A stretch of 64,000 nucleotides of DNA from Haliotis cracherodii (taxonomy: Eukaryota): assembly GCF_022045235.1 (NCBI RefSeq), contig NW_027266330.1, forward strand, positions 45,942,001 to 46,006,000, read 5' to 3'. Positions 41,451 to 53,853 of the stretch are shown in pieces (position 1 is the stretch's first letter; every line of letters starts with the position of its first letter). The position numbers were made by a program, and so were the translations under genes. The notes beneath the pieces are model-generated. The model was not told the DNA's origin. It saw only the letters and a program-made list of their open reading frames with translations, and ran no database searches.

Positions 41451-42204
41451 TATATGAATTACAGGAACTTTATGAAGATCAGGTACACGATCGGGGAGTC
41501 TAGTAAACTCTGAAAAATGAGGGACGGATAATAACAAGCGTAAAATGTATTCAACATAGAGAGGCACGTGGAAATAGAAATATCATACAGATAGCGAACC
41601 ACATAGAGATAAGACAGCTGTATGTCTAAAAAAATACTTCATTTTGATATGTTTTATTAATCCTTGTTACAAAAAAGGGCGTGGAGTATGAGATTTAGAG
41701 TAGTAGAACCTTGAGTTCTGGTTCCGCCCACTTGTTGATACCGTGGCAGTGAATGTGATACAGAGCCCGTCCACCAGCAACTACCAGCCTGCCATGTCAA
41801 GACATTCCAGTGTCTGGGAAATATGGGACCTTCAACGACCTGAAATATGGACATATGTTTGCGTCTTAATTCTCAGCAAGATGGCTCCGGGAGCCCGTCA
41901 GCCCATTTTTTTCTGTCCTTGGGCACGCCTGTAAGTAAACTGTAAACACTTAAAGGGTTAACACTGATCAGCAACAGCATGTGCTGGGTGACACACCGAG
42001 TCATATGTGAATAAAACATGAGAGACGACGGGGAAAAAGCACGCTGTCGAGCAACACAGTTGCTTTGATTACACCACAGCCGCTTACTTGAAGGGCTGCG
42101 TTTCTGTTTCACGATCAACAGTTTGTTTTAGTTACTTTCGGAAAGCTTCATTTTCTGTAAGAATATGAATTAGTCTGTGCTGGTTCTTCTCACACAAGCA
42201 ACCA

Positions 42205-44015
42205 TTATACGGCTACTTCATGCCACATCGACTGTCTACCCGCAATATGGTACTTCATGCCACCCCGACTGTCTACCCGCGATATGGTACTTCATGCCAC
42301 ATCGACTGTCTACCCGCAATATGGCTACTTCATGACACACCGACTGTCTACCCACATCGACTGTCTACCTGCGATATGGCTACTTTGTGACACATCGACT
42401 GTCTGCCCACATCGACTGTCTACCCACATCGACTGTCTACCCGCGATATGGCTACTTTGTGACACATCGACTGTCTACCCGCGATATGGCTACTTCATGA
42501 CACATCGACTGTCTACCCGCAATATGGCTACTTCATGACACATCGACTGTCTACCCGCATTATGGTACTTCATGCCACATCGACTGTCTACCCGCATTAT
42601 TGCTACTTCATGACACATCGACTGTCTACCCACGATATGGCTATTTCATGACACACCGACTGTCTACCCGCAATATGCTTCTTCATGACACATCGACTGT
42701 CTATCCGCAATATGGCTACTTCATGACACATCGACTGTCTACCCGCAATATGGTTACTTCATGACACACTGACTGTCTACCCGCAATATGGCTACTTCAT
42801 GACACATCGACTGTCTACCCGCAATATGGTTACTTCATGACACATCGACTGTCTACCTGCGATATGGCTACTTCATGACACATCGACTGTCTACCTGCGA
42901 TATGGCTACCTCATGACACATCGACTGTCTATCCGCAATATGGCTACTTCATGACACATCGACTGTTTACCCGCGATATGGCTACTTTATGACACATCGA
43001 CTGTCTAACTGCGATATGGCTACTTCATGACACATCGACTGTCTACCCACAATATGGTACTTCATTCCACATCGACTGTCTACCCGCAATATGGCTACTT
43101 CATGACACATCGACTGACTACCCACGATATGGCTATTTCATGACACACCGACTGTCTACCCGCAATATGCTTCTTCATGACACATCGACTGTCTACCCGC
43201 AATATGGCTACTTCATGACACATCGACTGTCTACCCGCAATATGGTTACTTCATGACACACTGACTGTCTACCCGCAATATGGCTACCTCATGATACATC
43301 GACTGTCTACCCGCAATATGGTTACTTCATGACACATCGACTGTCTACCTGCGATATGGCTACTTCATGACACATCGACTGTCTACCTGCGATATGGCTA
43401 CCTCATGACACATCGACTGTCTATCCGCAATATGGCTACTTCATGACACATCGACTGTCTACCCACATCGACTGTTTACCCGCGATATGGCTACTTTATG
43501 ACACATCGACCGTCTAACTGCGATATGGCTACTTTATGACACATCGACTGTCTACCCGAGATATGGCTACTTCATGACACATCGACTGTCTACCCGCAAT
43601 ATGTCTACTTCATGACACACCGACTGTCTACCCGCGATATGGCTACTTCATGACACATCGACTGTCTCCCCGCAATAAGGCTACTTCATGACACACCGAC
43701 TGTCTACCCACATCGACTGTCAACCCTGCGATAATGCTACTTTATGACACATCGACTGTCTACCCGCGATATGGCTACTTGATGACACATCGACTGTCTT
43801 CCCGCGATATGGCTACTTCATGACACATCGACTGTCTACCCACATCGACTGTCTACCCGAGATATGGTTACTTCATGACACATCGACTGTCTATCCGCAA
43901 TATGGCTACTTCATGACACATCGACTGTCTACCCACATCGACTGTCTACCCGCGATATGGCTACTTTATGACACATCGACTGTCTACCCGCATTATGGCT
44001 ACTTCATGACACACA
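42205..44015. repeat. 38-bp minisatellite (TATGGCTACTTCATGACACATCGACTGTCTACCCGCAA)
   Basis: Period 38 with occasional short internal units, grading into a degenerate related array to about 44215. Confidence 0.96.
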
Positions 44016-44578
44016 CATTCGTCATACTCCGGCTACTAGTCAGGTGGAAACTGTATTCTTCTCACACACGGCTACTAGACACGTGGATCCTATATTCTTC
44101 TTACACACGCTACTAGACACATTGATACTGTATTCTTCTGACACACGGCTATTGGATACGTGGATACTGTATTCTTCTTACACACGGAAACTAGACACGT
44201 GAATACTGTAGTCTTTGCATACATCAAAAGTCCATACATACATCCCATCCCATCCAGTGCTTAGGTTATAGCCTGTTCTGACACAAACACAGCTCTTTCA
44301 TGCACAGATTTCCGTATCCCAATCCAAATTTAAAGCCAATTTTAGATTGCCATCACCACAATAGACGAGTTATTGCATTATCTCTGTTGAGTGTCACGTT
44401 GACATGACGTCGTGAAAATCAATGCGTGGAAGTTTGGCCTTATGAGGCATGGTGTTACCATTTAGACGCTGGGGACACCAGGTGACCAGGTGTCCAACAG
44501 CATCCCGCATAGGCATGTAGTACCAGGCATAGACACGTGTTTGATCAGGGATTGAACTGTACCACGCATAGAAACGTA

Positions 44579-44751
44579 TTTGGGTGAGGGAATAATATTT
44601 TACGCCACTGTTAGCAATATTCCAGCAATATCACGGCGGGGGACATCAGAAATGAGCTTCGCACATTGTACCCGTGTGGGGATTCGAACCCGGGTCTTCG
44701 ACGTGACCAGCGAACGCTTGAAATTTAACCACAGGGTTACCCCACCATACC
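44579..44751 (-). mobile_element. SINE family B copy
   Basis: B box GGTTCGAATCC, family body, 8-bp TSD GAAACGTA. Confidence 0.87.
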
Positions 44752-44883
44752 GAAACGTACCCTGCATAGATGGAACGTATTTGATCAAGCAAGACTGAAC
44801 AACACTGAACAGTTCCACGCATAGATCGAACGTATTTGATCAAGCTTGACTGAACAAATCTGAACTGTATCCCGCACAGAAAC

Positions 44884-45041
44884 GTGAGTGAGTGAGTAAG
44901 GTTTTACGCCGCATTAAGCAATATTCCAGCAATATGACGGCGGGGACACCAGGGCTTCATACATTGTACCCATGTCGGGAACAGACCCGTGTCTTGGGCG
45001 TGACGAGCGAACGCTTTAAACATTTGCTACCCCACCCTGCC
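44884..45041 (-). mobile_element. SINE family B copy
   Basis: (GTGA)n tail, GCAATATTCCAGCAATA, GGGGACACCAG, CATTGTACCCATG and a decayed tRNA head. Confidence 0.85.
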
Positions 45042-45795
45042 GACATGTATTTGAACAGGTATCGTAATGTAGACATATTTGCTTAAGCTGTTTTACAAAT
45101 ATATTGTACTCAGATCTATGTAAGTACAAGAGAGTTACCTATCTTATTTGTACATCGCTAACAGATTTACTAAATCGGTACATGAAGATAATTATTGCTT
45201 TTAGCTCTAACTTAGTTGAGCTATTAGCATAAATATGTGGGATTTAAATACATCATATATTAGCTATAGTAATTAACGTTTATTTTCTGCGAGACCTAGT
45301 TCCATCAAATAACTATTATAAACAATTATTTAAAGCAGTCTGGATTCTGTTGATGAAAAAGTAATACATGCAAAGTATGGTTACATTAAAAGATAATGTG
45401 CATACCTCGTGTGATATAAGAAGTCTGATTAAAGTGAGGTTATTCGTCTGCATTTGCACAACGATTTTATATAAACAAAATAACTGAAAAAGTCACACTA
45501 AAAAATCAATATGCAGATAAAATACACAGCTTGCCAGCACAAGACCCGATTGTTAACCACACTTATTTCCGACTACACGAATGTTGCTGAGTTAACTCTT
45601 CTTTGACCGCCAAAGAGCGAATTGCGACGTTCCCCCGAAAATATCTGACCTGCGGCTTGCATTGGTGTGTAACTTAACATGTATTGAACAACCCTGAACA
45701 ACATCTCTAACAGACGTGTAACTGAATATGTATTGAACACCCGGGAACAAAATATCTAACAGGCGTGAAACTGAACATAAGTACATACACACAAC

Positions 45796-46038
45796 ACCCG
45801 TGAAGATCCGGGGTAGAAATGCTTCTCATGCTTGCCATAACAGGCGTCTATGCTTGTCGTAAGAAGGGACAAACGTAATAGGGTGGTCAAGACTTGGTTG
45901 ATGCATGTCATCGTATCCCAATTGCATGGATCGATGCTCATGGTATTAATCACTGGATAGCCTGGCCCAGATTCGATTATTTACAGACCACCGTCATACA
46001 GCTGGAATATATTGGAGTGCGGCGTTAAACAAACAAAT
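45796..46038 (+). mobile_element. Family A copy
   Basis: ACCCGTGAAGATCCGGGGTAGAA start, GCTGGAATATTGGAGTGCGGCGTTAAACAAACAAA end. Confidence 0.85.
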
Positions 46039-46321
46039 CTTGTGACGTTGCATAAAGGTATATTACGTGCGCTTCATTTACTTTGATATTCGTATGTTTG
46101 ATAAACACAACGAACATTTATTTTTTGTTAGATGATAAAAACACAGAAACTTGAAGGTAGAGGTACTTTACAACTCTATTCGTCTTGTAGTTATACTGAT
46201 ACTTTACTGAATCAGCATGGTGAGGCTGTCGAAGTGTACAAACTGTTGGCAGTGGTTAAAACATTAAAAAATGCATATGTGTATACATTTCATGACTTCG
46301 AATTCTCAAACCAATGATAAT

Positions 46322-46465
46322 CCTTTGGGCAAGCCAGAAACCTATGACTGAGGGTTCGAATCTCGGTTCGCCCGAATATGTTTCGGACTGTCCTTTCACA
46401 AGCCGATACGCCTTAATATAACTGGAATACTGTTAAATGCAACGTAAAAGCCCAACTCACTCACA
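46322..46465 (+). mobile_element. SINE family D fragment (B box joined to the shared tail)
   Basis: AACCTATGACTGAGGGTTCGAATCTCGGTTCGCCCG..ATGTTTC then CTGGAATACTGTTAAATGCAACGTAAAAGCCCAACTCACTCAC. Confidence 0.72.
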
Positions 46466-46716
46466 AAGTATAATGATAAGTAATGGGTTGAACAAGTGAT
46501 GGTTTCCAAAAATTTATATTGGATTGTGAAATAACGCAGATCAGGCAGCGTAGGATTGGTAGCACCATGGATGTCTGGTGACATCTGCGAACAATGTCCC
46601 CGGTGAAGTCGGCGTGTTGGATGTGCACGCGCAGTAGGCCAATAGATCATGCAGTATAGATGAGAAAGTGCCCACAGCTTGAAGGCTGTGTGTCCTGTAC
46701 GGAGACATATGCTTTT

Positions 46717-46960
46717 TTATTTGTTTGTATGCTGTTTAACGCCGCACTTGGCAATATTCCAGCTGTATGAAGGAAGTCTGTAAATAATCGAGTCTGGACC
46801 AGACTGACATCATGAGCATCGATCCACGATACGAAGCCATGCGTCAACCAAGCCAGCAAGCCTGACCACCCGATCCCGTTAGTCGCCTCTTACGACAAGC
46901 ATAGTCGCTTTTTATAGCAAGCACGACTTGTTGAAGTTCCATTCTACCCCGGACCTTCAC
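46717..46960 (-). mobile_element. Family A copy
   Basis: Revcomp GTGAAGGTCCGGGGTAGAAT...GCTTGTCGTAAGAGGCGACTAACGGGATCGGGTGGTCAGG...GCGGCGTTAAACAG. Confidence 0.85.
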
Positions 46961-47872
46961 ACATAAGGGGTCCTTATAGAGAAATTCATGTTTGATGTCA
47001 GAACGTTCAGTAGACTAACATTTAGTCTCGCGGCGCCTTAGACGACTGGGCCACCTGTGCCCCCTCGCATATCATGAAGATTAGTGATAAATAATGAATA
47101 AAGTAATTGTATTTCAAATATGCAACAGAAAAACAATTCTTCCTATTAAATTTTCGTTTGGTTACAGTAACGTATCTATTTGGTTGATTTCATAGCTGTC
47201 ATGGTGCTAAACTAACTATTACGCCGCCCTCAGCCACAGATGTAACATCGAAAATTATACAAATAGATCGATTGCATTAAGGCGCATTGGCAAAGAAAAA
47301 CCCTTTGAAGTTTAATATATTACCAACACACTATAATCAACCAAGCTAAAGCATTGAGGCTGTAAGTAAGTGATTATCAGGACGACTTACACAGCGTGAG
47401 TACCTTCTTTCATTTGGACGTGACGCACTTCCAACGTGAAACAATAAGTTAACCCAGAAATCCATATGCTAAAGATTACAGTGTGAAACCAACACGTAAC
47501 AAAATAAATGCTATACAATTAAGTCGTATAGTGTACAGTTAGCTAGGTTTACAAACCAATACAAATTACTGCAATGTAATTACAATGGCAGTACAAAATT
47601 CAACAGCAGTGGTAAAAGCAATAACGTCGAATATAATAATATTCACCTAACAGCAACAGTGGTCGAGCTTCCAAAATTGGCCTTGGCTGGATATCCAGAG
47701 TGAAAATGTGATACAGGCCTTGTAGCATAATCAGCAGAGTCCCAAACCTTTACAAGGTCACAACTCTCAACAGTGTCACAATCTGATACAATATATCTTT
47801 GGGAGTAACAGTGGCAATACACTGAGAAGGTACGTTCTCATTTCCTTCATTCCTTACTCACACGCACTCACT

Positions 47873-47985
47873 CTTTTGTCCTGAGATGCTTTCAAATTAT
47901 CCCTAGCAATTTCACAATCTTTAGTAAGCCATGACCGAAATGATACTCCAATAAACTCATTTCAGACCTATCATTAAAACCCTTT
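47873..47985 (-). pseudogene. Fragment of Gypsy-type LTR retrotransposon pol (post-integrase-core helix)
   Basis: Frameshifted translation FNDRSEMSLLEY / SFRSWLTKDCEIARDNLKASQDK resembles the LLEYVS.FR.RL..A.E.AR.NLK.SQ.KMK segment of invertebrate Gypsy pol. Confidence 0.6.
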
Positions 47986-48261
47986 CCAAATTGATAAGAA
48001 GTATCTGCCGAAAGAGATTCCGACTCATCAGGAGCATGTGCAATGAATCAAATCGTGATGATACCAGGTGTTCGCAAAAGGGTGAACGTATCCAGCCCCA
48101 TCGGTGGCACCCGTCACAAACACATGCAAAGGCTAGTCAATTGTCAACCTGAAAAATAAACACGGGAACATATGTAAGTAAGGATACGAACAACTTCTTT
48201 ATTACAATTAGGCGAGGCGTTTCGGTGTAGGTTCTAACAGTTTCTGGTTGCGCATCTTGTG

Positions 48262-49300
48262 ACGTCTGTTGTCTGATCGAGCGTGGCGTCCTTTGGTATC
48301 TGGTCAAGTTGTCGCATCTGTTATCTGGTCTAGCGTCGTGGCGGCTTCTATTGTCTGGTCTGACGTCATGGCGGCTTCTATTGTCTGGTCGAGCGTCGTG
48401 GTGGCTTCAGTTGTCTGGTCGAGCGTCGTGCCGGCTTCTATTGTCTGGCGGAGGGTCGAAGTGGCCTCTGGTGTGTGGTTGACTGTGATGGCGGTTTCTG
48501 GTGTCTTGTTGGGCATTGTGGCGGCTTCTGGTGTCTGTTTGAGCATCGCGGCGTCCTGTTGTATCTGGTGAGTGTTGTGGCGGCTTCTGTTATCTGGCTG
48601 AGCGTCGTGGCAGCGTCTTGTGTCTGTTTGAGCGTCGTGGTGGCTTCTGTTGTGTGGCCTAGCGTCGTGGTGGATTCTGTTGTCTGGCCTAGCGTCGTGG
48701 TGGCTTCTGTTGTCTGGCCTAGTGTCGTGGTGGCTTCTGTTGTCTGGCCTAGCGTCGTGGCGGCTTCTGGTGTCTTGCTGAGCGTCGAAGTAGCCTCTTG
48801 TGTGTGGTTCAGCGTTGTGGCGGCTTCCGGTGCCTGGTTGAGCGTCGTGGCGACCAATGGTATCTGATGAGAGTTGTTGCAGCTTCTGTTGTCTGGTTGA
48901 GCGACGTGGTGGTGTCTGTTGTCGGGGCTAGCGTCGTGGCTGCTTCTGAATTTGGACAAGCGTCATGGCGGCTTCTGACGTCTGGTGAGTGTTGTGGCGG
49001 CTTCTGTGATCTGGTCTAGCGTCGTGGTGGCTTCTACTGTCTGGCTGGGGATCGAAGTAGCTTCTGGTGCCTGGTGAAGCGTCGTGGCGCCTACTGGTGT
49101 CTGGTAAAGTGTCGCGGTGGCTTCTGTTGTCTGGTCAAGCGTCGTGGCGTCCAATGGTATCTGGTGAGTGTTGTAGAAGTTTTAGTTGTCTTGCTGAGCG
49201 TCGTGGTTCCTTCCGGTGCATGGTCAAGCGTGATGGCGGCTTCTGTTGTCTGGTTGAGTGTTGAAGAAGCCGTTGCTGTCTGGCCAAGTGTCTGGAGTAT
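48262..49300 (-). repeat. Diverged 30-bp minisatellite reading as mucin-like TEATTTLDQT on the minus strand
   Basis: 10-codon units with recurrent 29-nt units that shift the frame. Confidence 0.88.
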
Positions 49301-50285
49301 GCTACAATCTAGTCCTGTTCAGATATCATTTTCTTAAGAAGTCGTCTAGGTGTGGAACTACGATCAACACCAACATTTCTTTATGTGGTCATTGTCTGAT
49401 ACATGAATGGTAGCTGAGGTTCTTCTAGAATTGCGCAAAGTTAAGTCCCTTTGATGTCCTGAAGTGCCAGTCGGATGCGTTATTGTCACCCAACCATCAC
49501 ATTGGAAGATTTAATGTCAGCCAAGGGTCTTAATACTGACGTTATGGTAAGACGGTAGGTCTTATCCTTAGCAGAAGCCGTAGAAAGTTCCTTAGTCGAC
49601 AGTATGGACGAAAGCAAGTTTCCACTAAACTAGCCTTTTCAACAGAGGAAATGACAATGCGATGCCAGTATATTGAAGTAGGTTAATTATGCCATCGGAG
49701 AAGAGGATGGACGGCGGACAAGCATGTGAGGGGAGTCAGATGAACTAAAAAGATGGCCTTACATAGGAAATACGTTAAAATTGCTTACTTAGAATTTTGT
49801 CGGAGATGTTGAAAACAAATGCTACGAAAATTCAGTGTCTGTGATGCATGTGTATAACACAGAACACACGGTCCTGCCAATAGACGTTGATGAAATTATA
49901 TGCATGCAGAACCAGAAGCACGGCAATGTATTCTTGTTTGCTTGTTAACACATCCTTCCGTCAAAATATAGTATCGGAGAATTTGGTATCCCAAAGTAAT
50001 GTGTGTCATAATAAAGTAATTTATCATCCAAAACTGGCTCCCACAGGAGATATCGCTTGGATTAGATCAAGCGATATCTACACTGTAGATATCGCTGCAA
50101 TGGAATTGCATCACAATGCTTTGCAGACCATTGTGACGTCACTGGTTACCATGACGTCACAAACAAATGACATCACTAATGGCTTTGCTACTGAAGCTGT
50201 TAGCAGTACTTTTTACACTGAAGACACTGCTAATTACTGTCTACAATTTGAAAAAGTTGGAAAAATGATGTTCGATGATAAATAA

Positions 50286-50429
50286 AATCTCACCCTCGTG
50301 TCTTTTGATATCAAATATATCAACACTCGTTGATAAAAGAGTAAAAAATCCTCGGCAAGCCACGGATTTTTTCCACTTTTATCAACTCGTGTTGATATAT
50401 TTGATATCAAAAGACACGAGGGTGAGATT
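50286..50429. repeat. Long hairpin, probably the end of a non-autonomous DNA element (~49990-50435)
   Basis: AATCTCACCCTCGTGTCTTTTGATATCAAATATATCAACAC has a perfect reverse complement ending at 50429. Central loop CTCGGCAAGCCAC. Confidence 0.88.
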
Positions 50430-50625
50430 CTCTATGTGTCGCTAGTGTCTTTTAGCCGTGTGTGCTAGTTGGTTCCTACACCTGATGCTGATACCTATTC
50501 ACCAGAGAATTCCACGTATTTACCAAGATGTCATCATATCATGAGTTATGTCGTTAATTTCAGTGAATAACTCTCCAGACAGAGCACTGTTGTATTATGT
50601 TGCCTCTGTGACATGCAAGGTCTTT

Positions 50626-50759
50626 GACGTTTACCACTTTAGTGAAACCCACGAGTACTGGTATTTTGCTGTAAAACCCAAAAACATAATCGGGGCGATC
50701 CGGGATTCAAACCCACGATCATAGGTTTTGACTTTAGACGACGCCACCCGTGTCCCCTC
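50626..50759 (-). mobile_element. SINE family D copy with the spacer deleted
   Basis: GACGTTTACCACTT..GTGAAACCCACGAG, AAACATAAT, CGGGATTC.AACCCAC.ATCATAGGTT and GCCACCCGTG.CCCCTC shared with 29908-30084. Confidence 0.8.
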
Positions 50760-51186
50760 AGCATGGTAATCACGGCCCATTTGTTCGTTATTTGAGCAGT
50801 TGAACCAATCTGATGAGTTTTCCCACATGGCGTTGTTATCCTGGCTTTGCTGTATGCAATTAACAGCAAATTGACATGCACGTTTGCACTGAAATGATTA
50901 CGTGTCAGATATTTATCCATCAGCGTACATCATGTACAAATGGTAACAAGTTATCCCTCCTGTTACCGCGTGTTTCGGATAAACAGTCATATAAACTCCA
51001 TATTGAGTGCACGATACAGTTTGATATATGACAGTATGTTAATTAATTCCCAGGTACCTGTCCGTGGTAGCACACCTCCATGCCACCTGAACATCCAATC
51101 ATTAGTTCCCCCTATTAGTTTGGCCGCTGGTACTCTTTTCCTGTTATTGGGGTGTGTAAATGGCTGTTGATTACGGCTACTATATA

Positions 51187-52277
51187 CTACTCAAGGTATG
51201 CTAAGGATCATCACTGTAAAAAGTAATATGTTAAATTGTGTACATCTGTTGCAATAGCCAAAGACAATATTGCGTGAAGACATTTTAAGTAAACCAAGAT
51301 CCATTGTCATATGTCACACAATGCTAACACATGTAAACAAATCATTGTCCAAAAAACAACAACTGTACCACTCTTCAGTAAAACATTGCCGAGTTCTGTA
51401 GAGGTGCCGGAGTGAAACGGCGATCTGCAGTTCGTTCGACATGTGTTCGTTAAGGTTGATGTCTGTGTGACTGACTGTCAACTCCATGCGGACAGTGGTC
51501 TCCTGTGGGAATCTTGACATTTTTCTTCTTGTCTACGCCACACGTGGCAACAGCGATCTGTTAGTCTAGACAGTATCCCGATCCATCGGTGAAAGTACTG
51601 GTTCTCAGTCCTGATCTGTCCAATTGACCTGTTCTTCATCCCAAGGTGCGTGCCTGTGCTGTGGGTCAGTGGGATGCGAATGCATGCCCTCCGTGACCTG
51701 AAACAATTTCACGAAGACGATAACGCACTGTCTAAGTATAAACGCTCACGCCATTGGCGTTCCGCAGGTCATTTCTGAGTGTGATGGCAGTCACAAAATG
51801 ATGGCGTCTTGCTGCAATCAGGACATACCTTCCTTTCCGCTGTGTGGTGGAATGTTGTCGACCACTTGCACGTCGGTTGGTAGCTGCTCATCACACTTAA
51901 TCACTCGTACTAAAGAAAGTTGCAGAGTGACGTGTGTTTACCCAGTTTCAAGCATATCATTGGATCTGGCGAATTCTTCGGTCGTCAAACGACTACTTTG
52001 AAGCTGAGGGGTAGAAGTGCATTCACTTGTTACAATCCTCAGCAGCAAATGATGTTGTGCTCTCTGATAATGATGTGCTGTCTCCAAACATCCTAACACA
52101 GGTTCTTAATCACCTAGCACACACTGTGCTCATGACTTCATGCCACTGTCCGTTTACTATTGGATTGAAGTCATACAGGGCTTACCCAATCATTTTGCAT
52201 CGGGATATTTCAATCTTTATTTGTTGAATGTTTTTTTTTATATAATCAAAACCTGATCCTTAACAAACTTTGAGTAG
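51187..52277 (-). mobile_element. Decayed, internally deleted Tc1-family DNA transposon (~1.09 kb)
   Basis: 24-bp imperfect TIRs (CTACTCAAGGTATGCTAAGGATCA / revcomp CTACTCAAAGTTTGTTAAGGATCA), TA on both flanks, and a transposase relic on the minus strand. Confidence 0.9.
51365..52000 (-). pseudogene. Tc1 transposase pseudogene
   Basis: Frameshifted translation gives SRLTTEEFARSNDMLETG (first HTH), SGRQHSTTQR (GRPR linker), RYVLIAARRHHFVTAITLRNDLRNANGVSVYT*TVRYRLRE..RSRRACIRIPLT (second HTH), VNWTDQD*EPVLFTDGSGYCLD (W..VLFTDES motif), VWRR, and VRMELTVSHTDINLNEHMSNELQ (decayed WPARSPDLNPIEH.W). The region containing the second catalytic Asp is deleted. Confidence 0.88.
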
Positions 52278-53690
52278 TATATGTGAATTGATGAATAACA
52301 ACCCTCGGTTGTCACCTGCTTGATGCAGTTTTTCCTCATTCTTAAAAGCCCTGACACAATAATATTTTAACTCTACATTTCGAATGATACTTTTAATTAT
52401 AAACTGAAGACCTTGTGCATGATATACCAAGATTGTATTGCAAAACCGGTGTGTTAGAACACTGGTCCTCAGTAGGGATTTAAGGTTAGGCTTGGTCCTT
52501 AGGAACCTATGCCGTCACTGATGCTGAATATATAGCTTAAATATTGCTTAGTGAGGCATTAAACAACAAAAAACATTTTTTTTATCTATCTTGACTCAGT
52601 GTAATTCCACGGATCACTGAGTGGTTTTACTAATTGTGAAGTACTTCCTTACGTGGATTGACACTTATTCTACTTCTAAACAAATGCTCACACAATTTCG
52701 GGTTGATCTAACGAAAGATGTTTTTTTTCATCATTGTGAAGAATAGCGTCATCCAGCGGTCTTCTCGGGTATTGATAACCAGGGTCAACATCGTGGACAC
52801 TGTGAGTGATCAAATTTATTGCACCTTATCGTAGGTCGATCATTGTGACCCACTGGAAGTATAACACTATAAGTAGCTTGTGTCAGCATCAGTGAACATA
52901 AGTCATGAATAATTAACATGTCTTTTTAATTGATAAAAGTAACACTTTTCAATAGTTTAATTTCTCCTTTTTTCAAATGTATTTTCTTGGAGTTGTCACT
53001 CATATTTACAATATTGACGTCGAGAAAATAAGGGATATGCAATGCTACAGTATGGACGTCATGGTTCTTGTGCAAATGTTAAGCTTTATTTTATTTCCCA
53101 TGATCTGGCGACATGACGGTCATATTCATGTTGGTGTGTTCTAACAGGATGCTGCTTCTAAATGGTGACAACTGTATGGATTGCTCAATGCACAGCTGTG
53201 CGATAATACTGCATCACGTGAAGAGCAGGTTTTTTTCCGAGAAACGGATGTAAATAACGAGTCACGATCCCGACTACCTGCATTTCATTTGTCATGTTAA
53301 ATAACCGTGATGATGAGTTTATCACTTTATTGAGGAACCAGTTCACTATAAATGTTGGTTGGTCGGAGCACTATTTCCAGTACCCCAGGCAACTGTCGTC
53401 GGAATTCTACAGAGAACACCAGATCCGGTAAGTACTGATTGCACGGATGATATTTACAGAACAACTTTATTTACACTCAGGCCGGAATATACACAGAAGA
53501 TAGTGGGATGGTTTAGGCGGAAGATTTTACAGTTTTCAAAATGATATTACAGAGGTTTCCTTATAACATTTATTATTTAACAATTAAAAAGTTCTATAAA
53601 TTTAAGCATTTTTTGGTTTCTAAAATATGAATTTTGAACAAGTATGTTCCGTTGGTGTTTTAAACGAGGACAACAACGTGCTTGCATTTT

Positions 53691-53853
53691 TAGTGTGTGA
53701 GTTTGATTTTACGCCGCTTTTAGCAATATTCCAGCAATATCCCGGCGGGGGACACCAGAAATGGGCTTCACACATTGTACCCATGTCGGGAATCAAACCC
53801 TGGTCTTCGGCGTGACGAGCGAACATTTAACCATTAGGCTACCCGACCGCCCC
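53691..53853 (-). mobile_element. SINE family B copy
   Basis: Full family sequence with an 11-bp TSD GCTTGC(A/G)TTTT. Confidence 0.9.

Noticed and set aside
47645-47822. Minus-strand open frame YCHCYSQRYIVSDCDTVESCDLVKVWDS... with AG/GT boundaries
   Set aside because: No recognisable domain or partner exons, and it abuts the Gypsy scrap, so it may be further decayed retroelement. Insufficient support.
51314-51697. Apparent minus-strand exon (TTTCAG acceptor at 51698, ORF MSRFPQETT...)
   Set aside because: It is the decayed Tc1 transposase inside TIRs, not a host exon.
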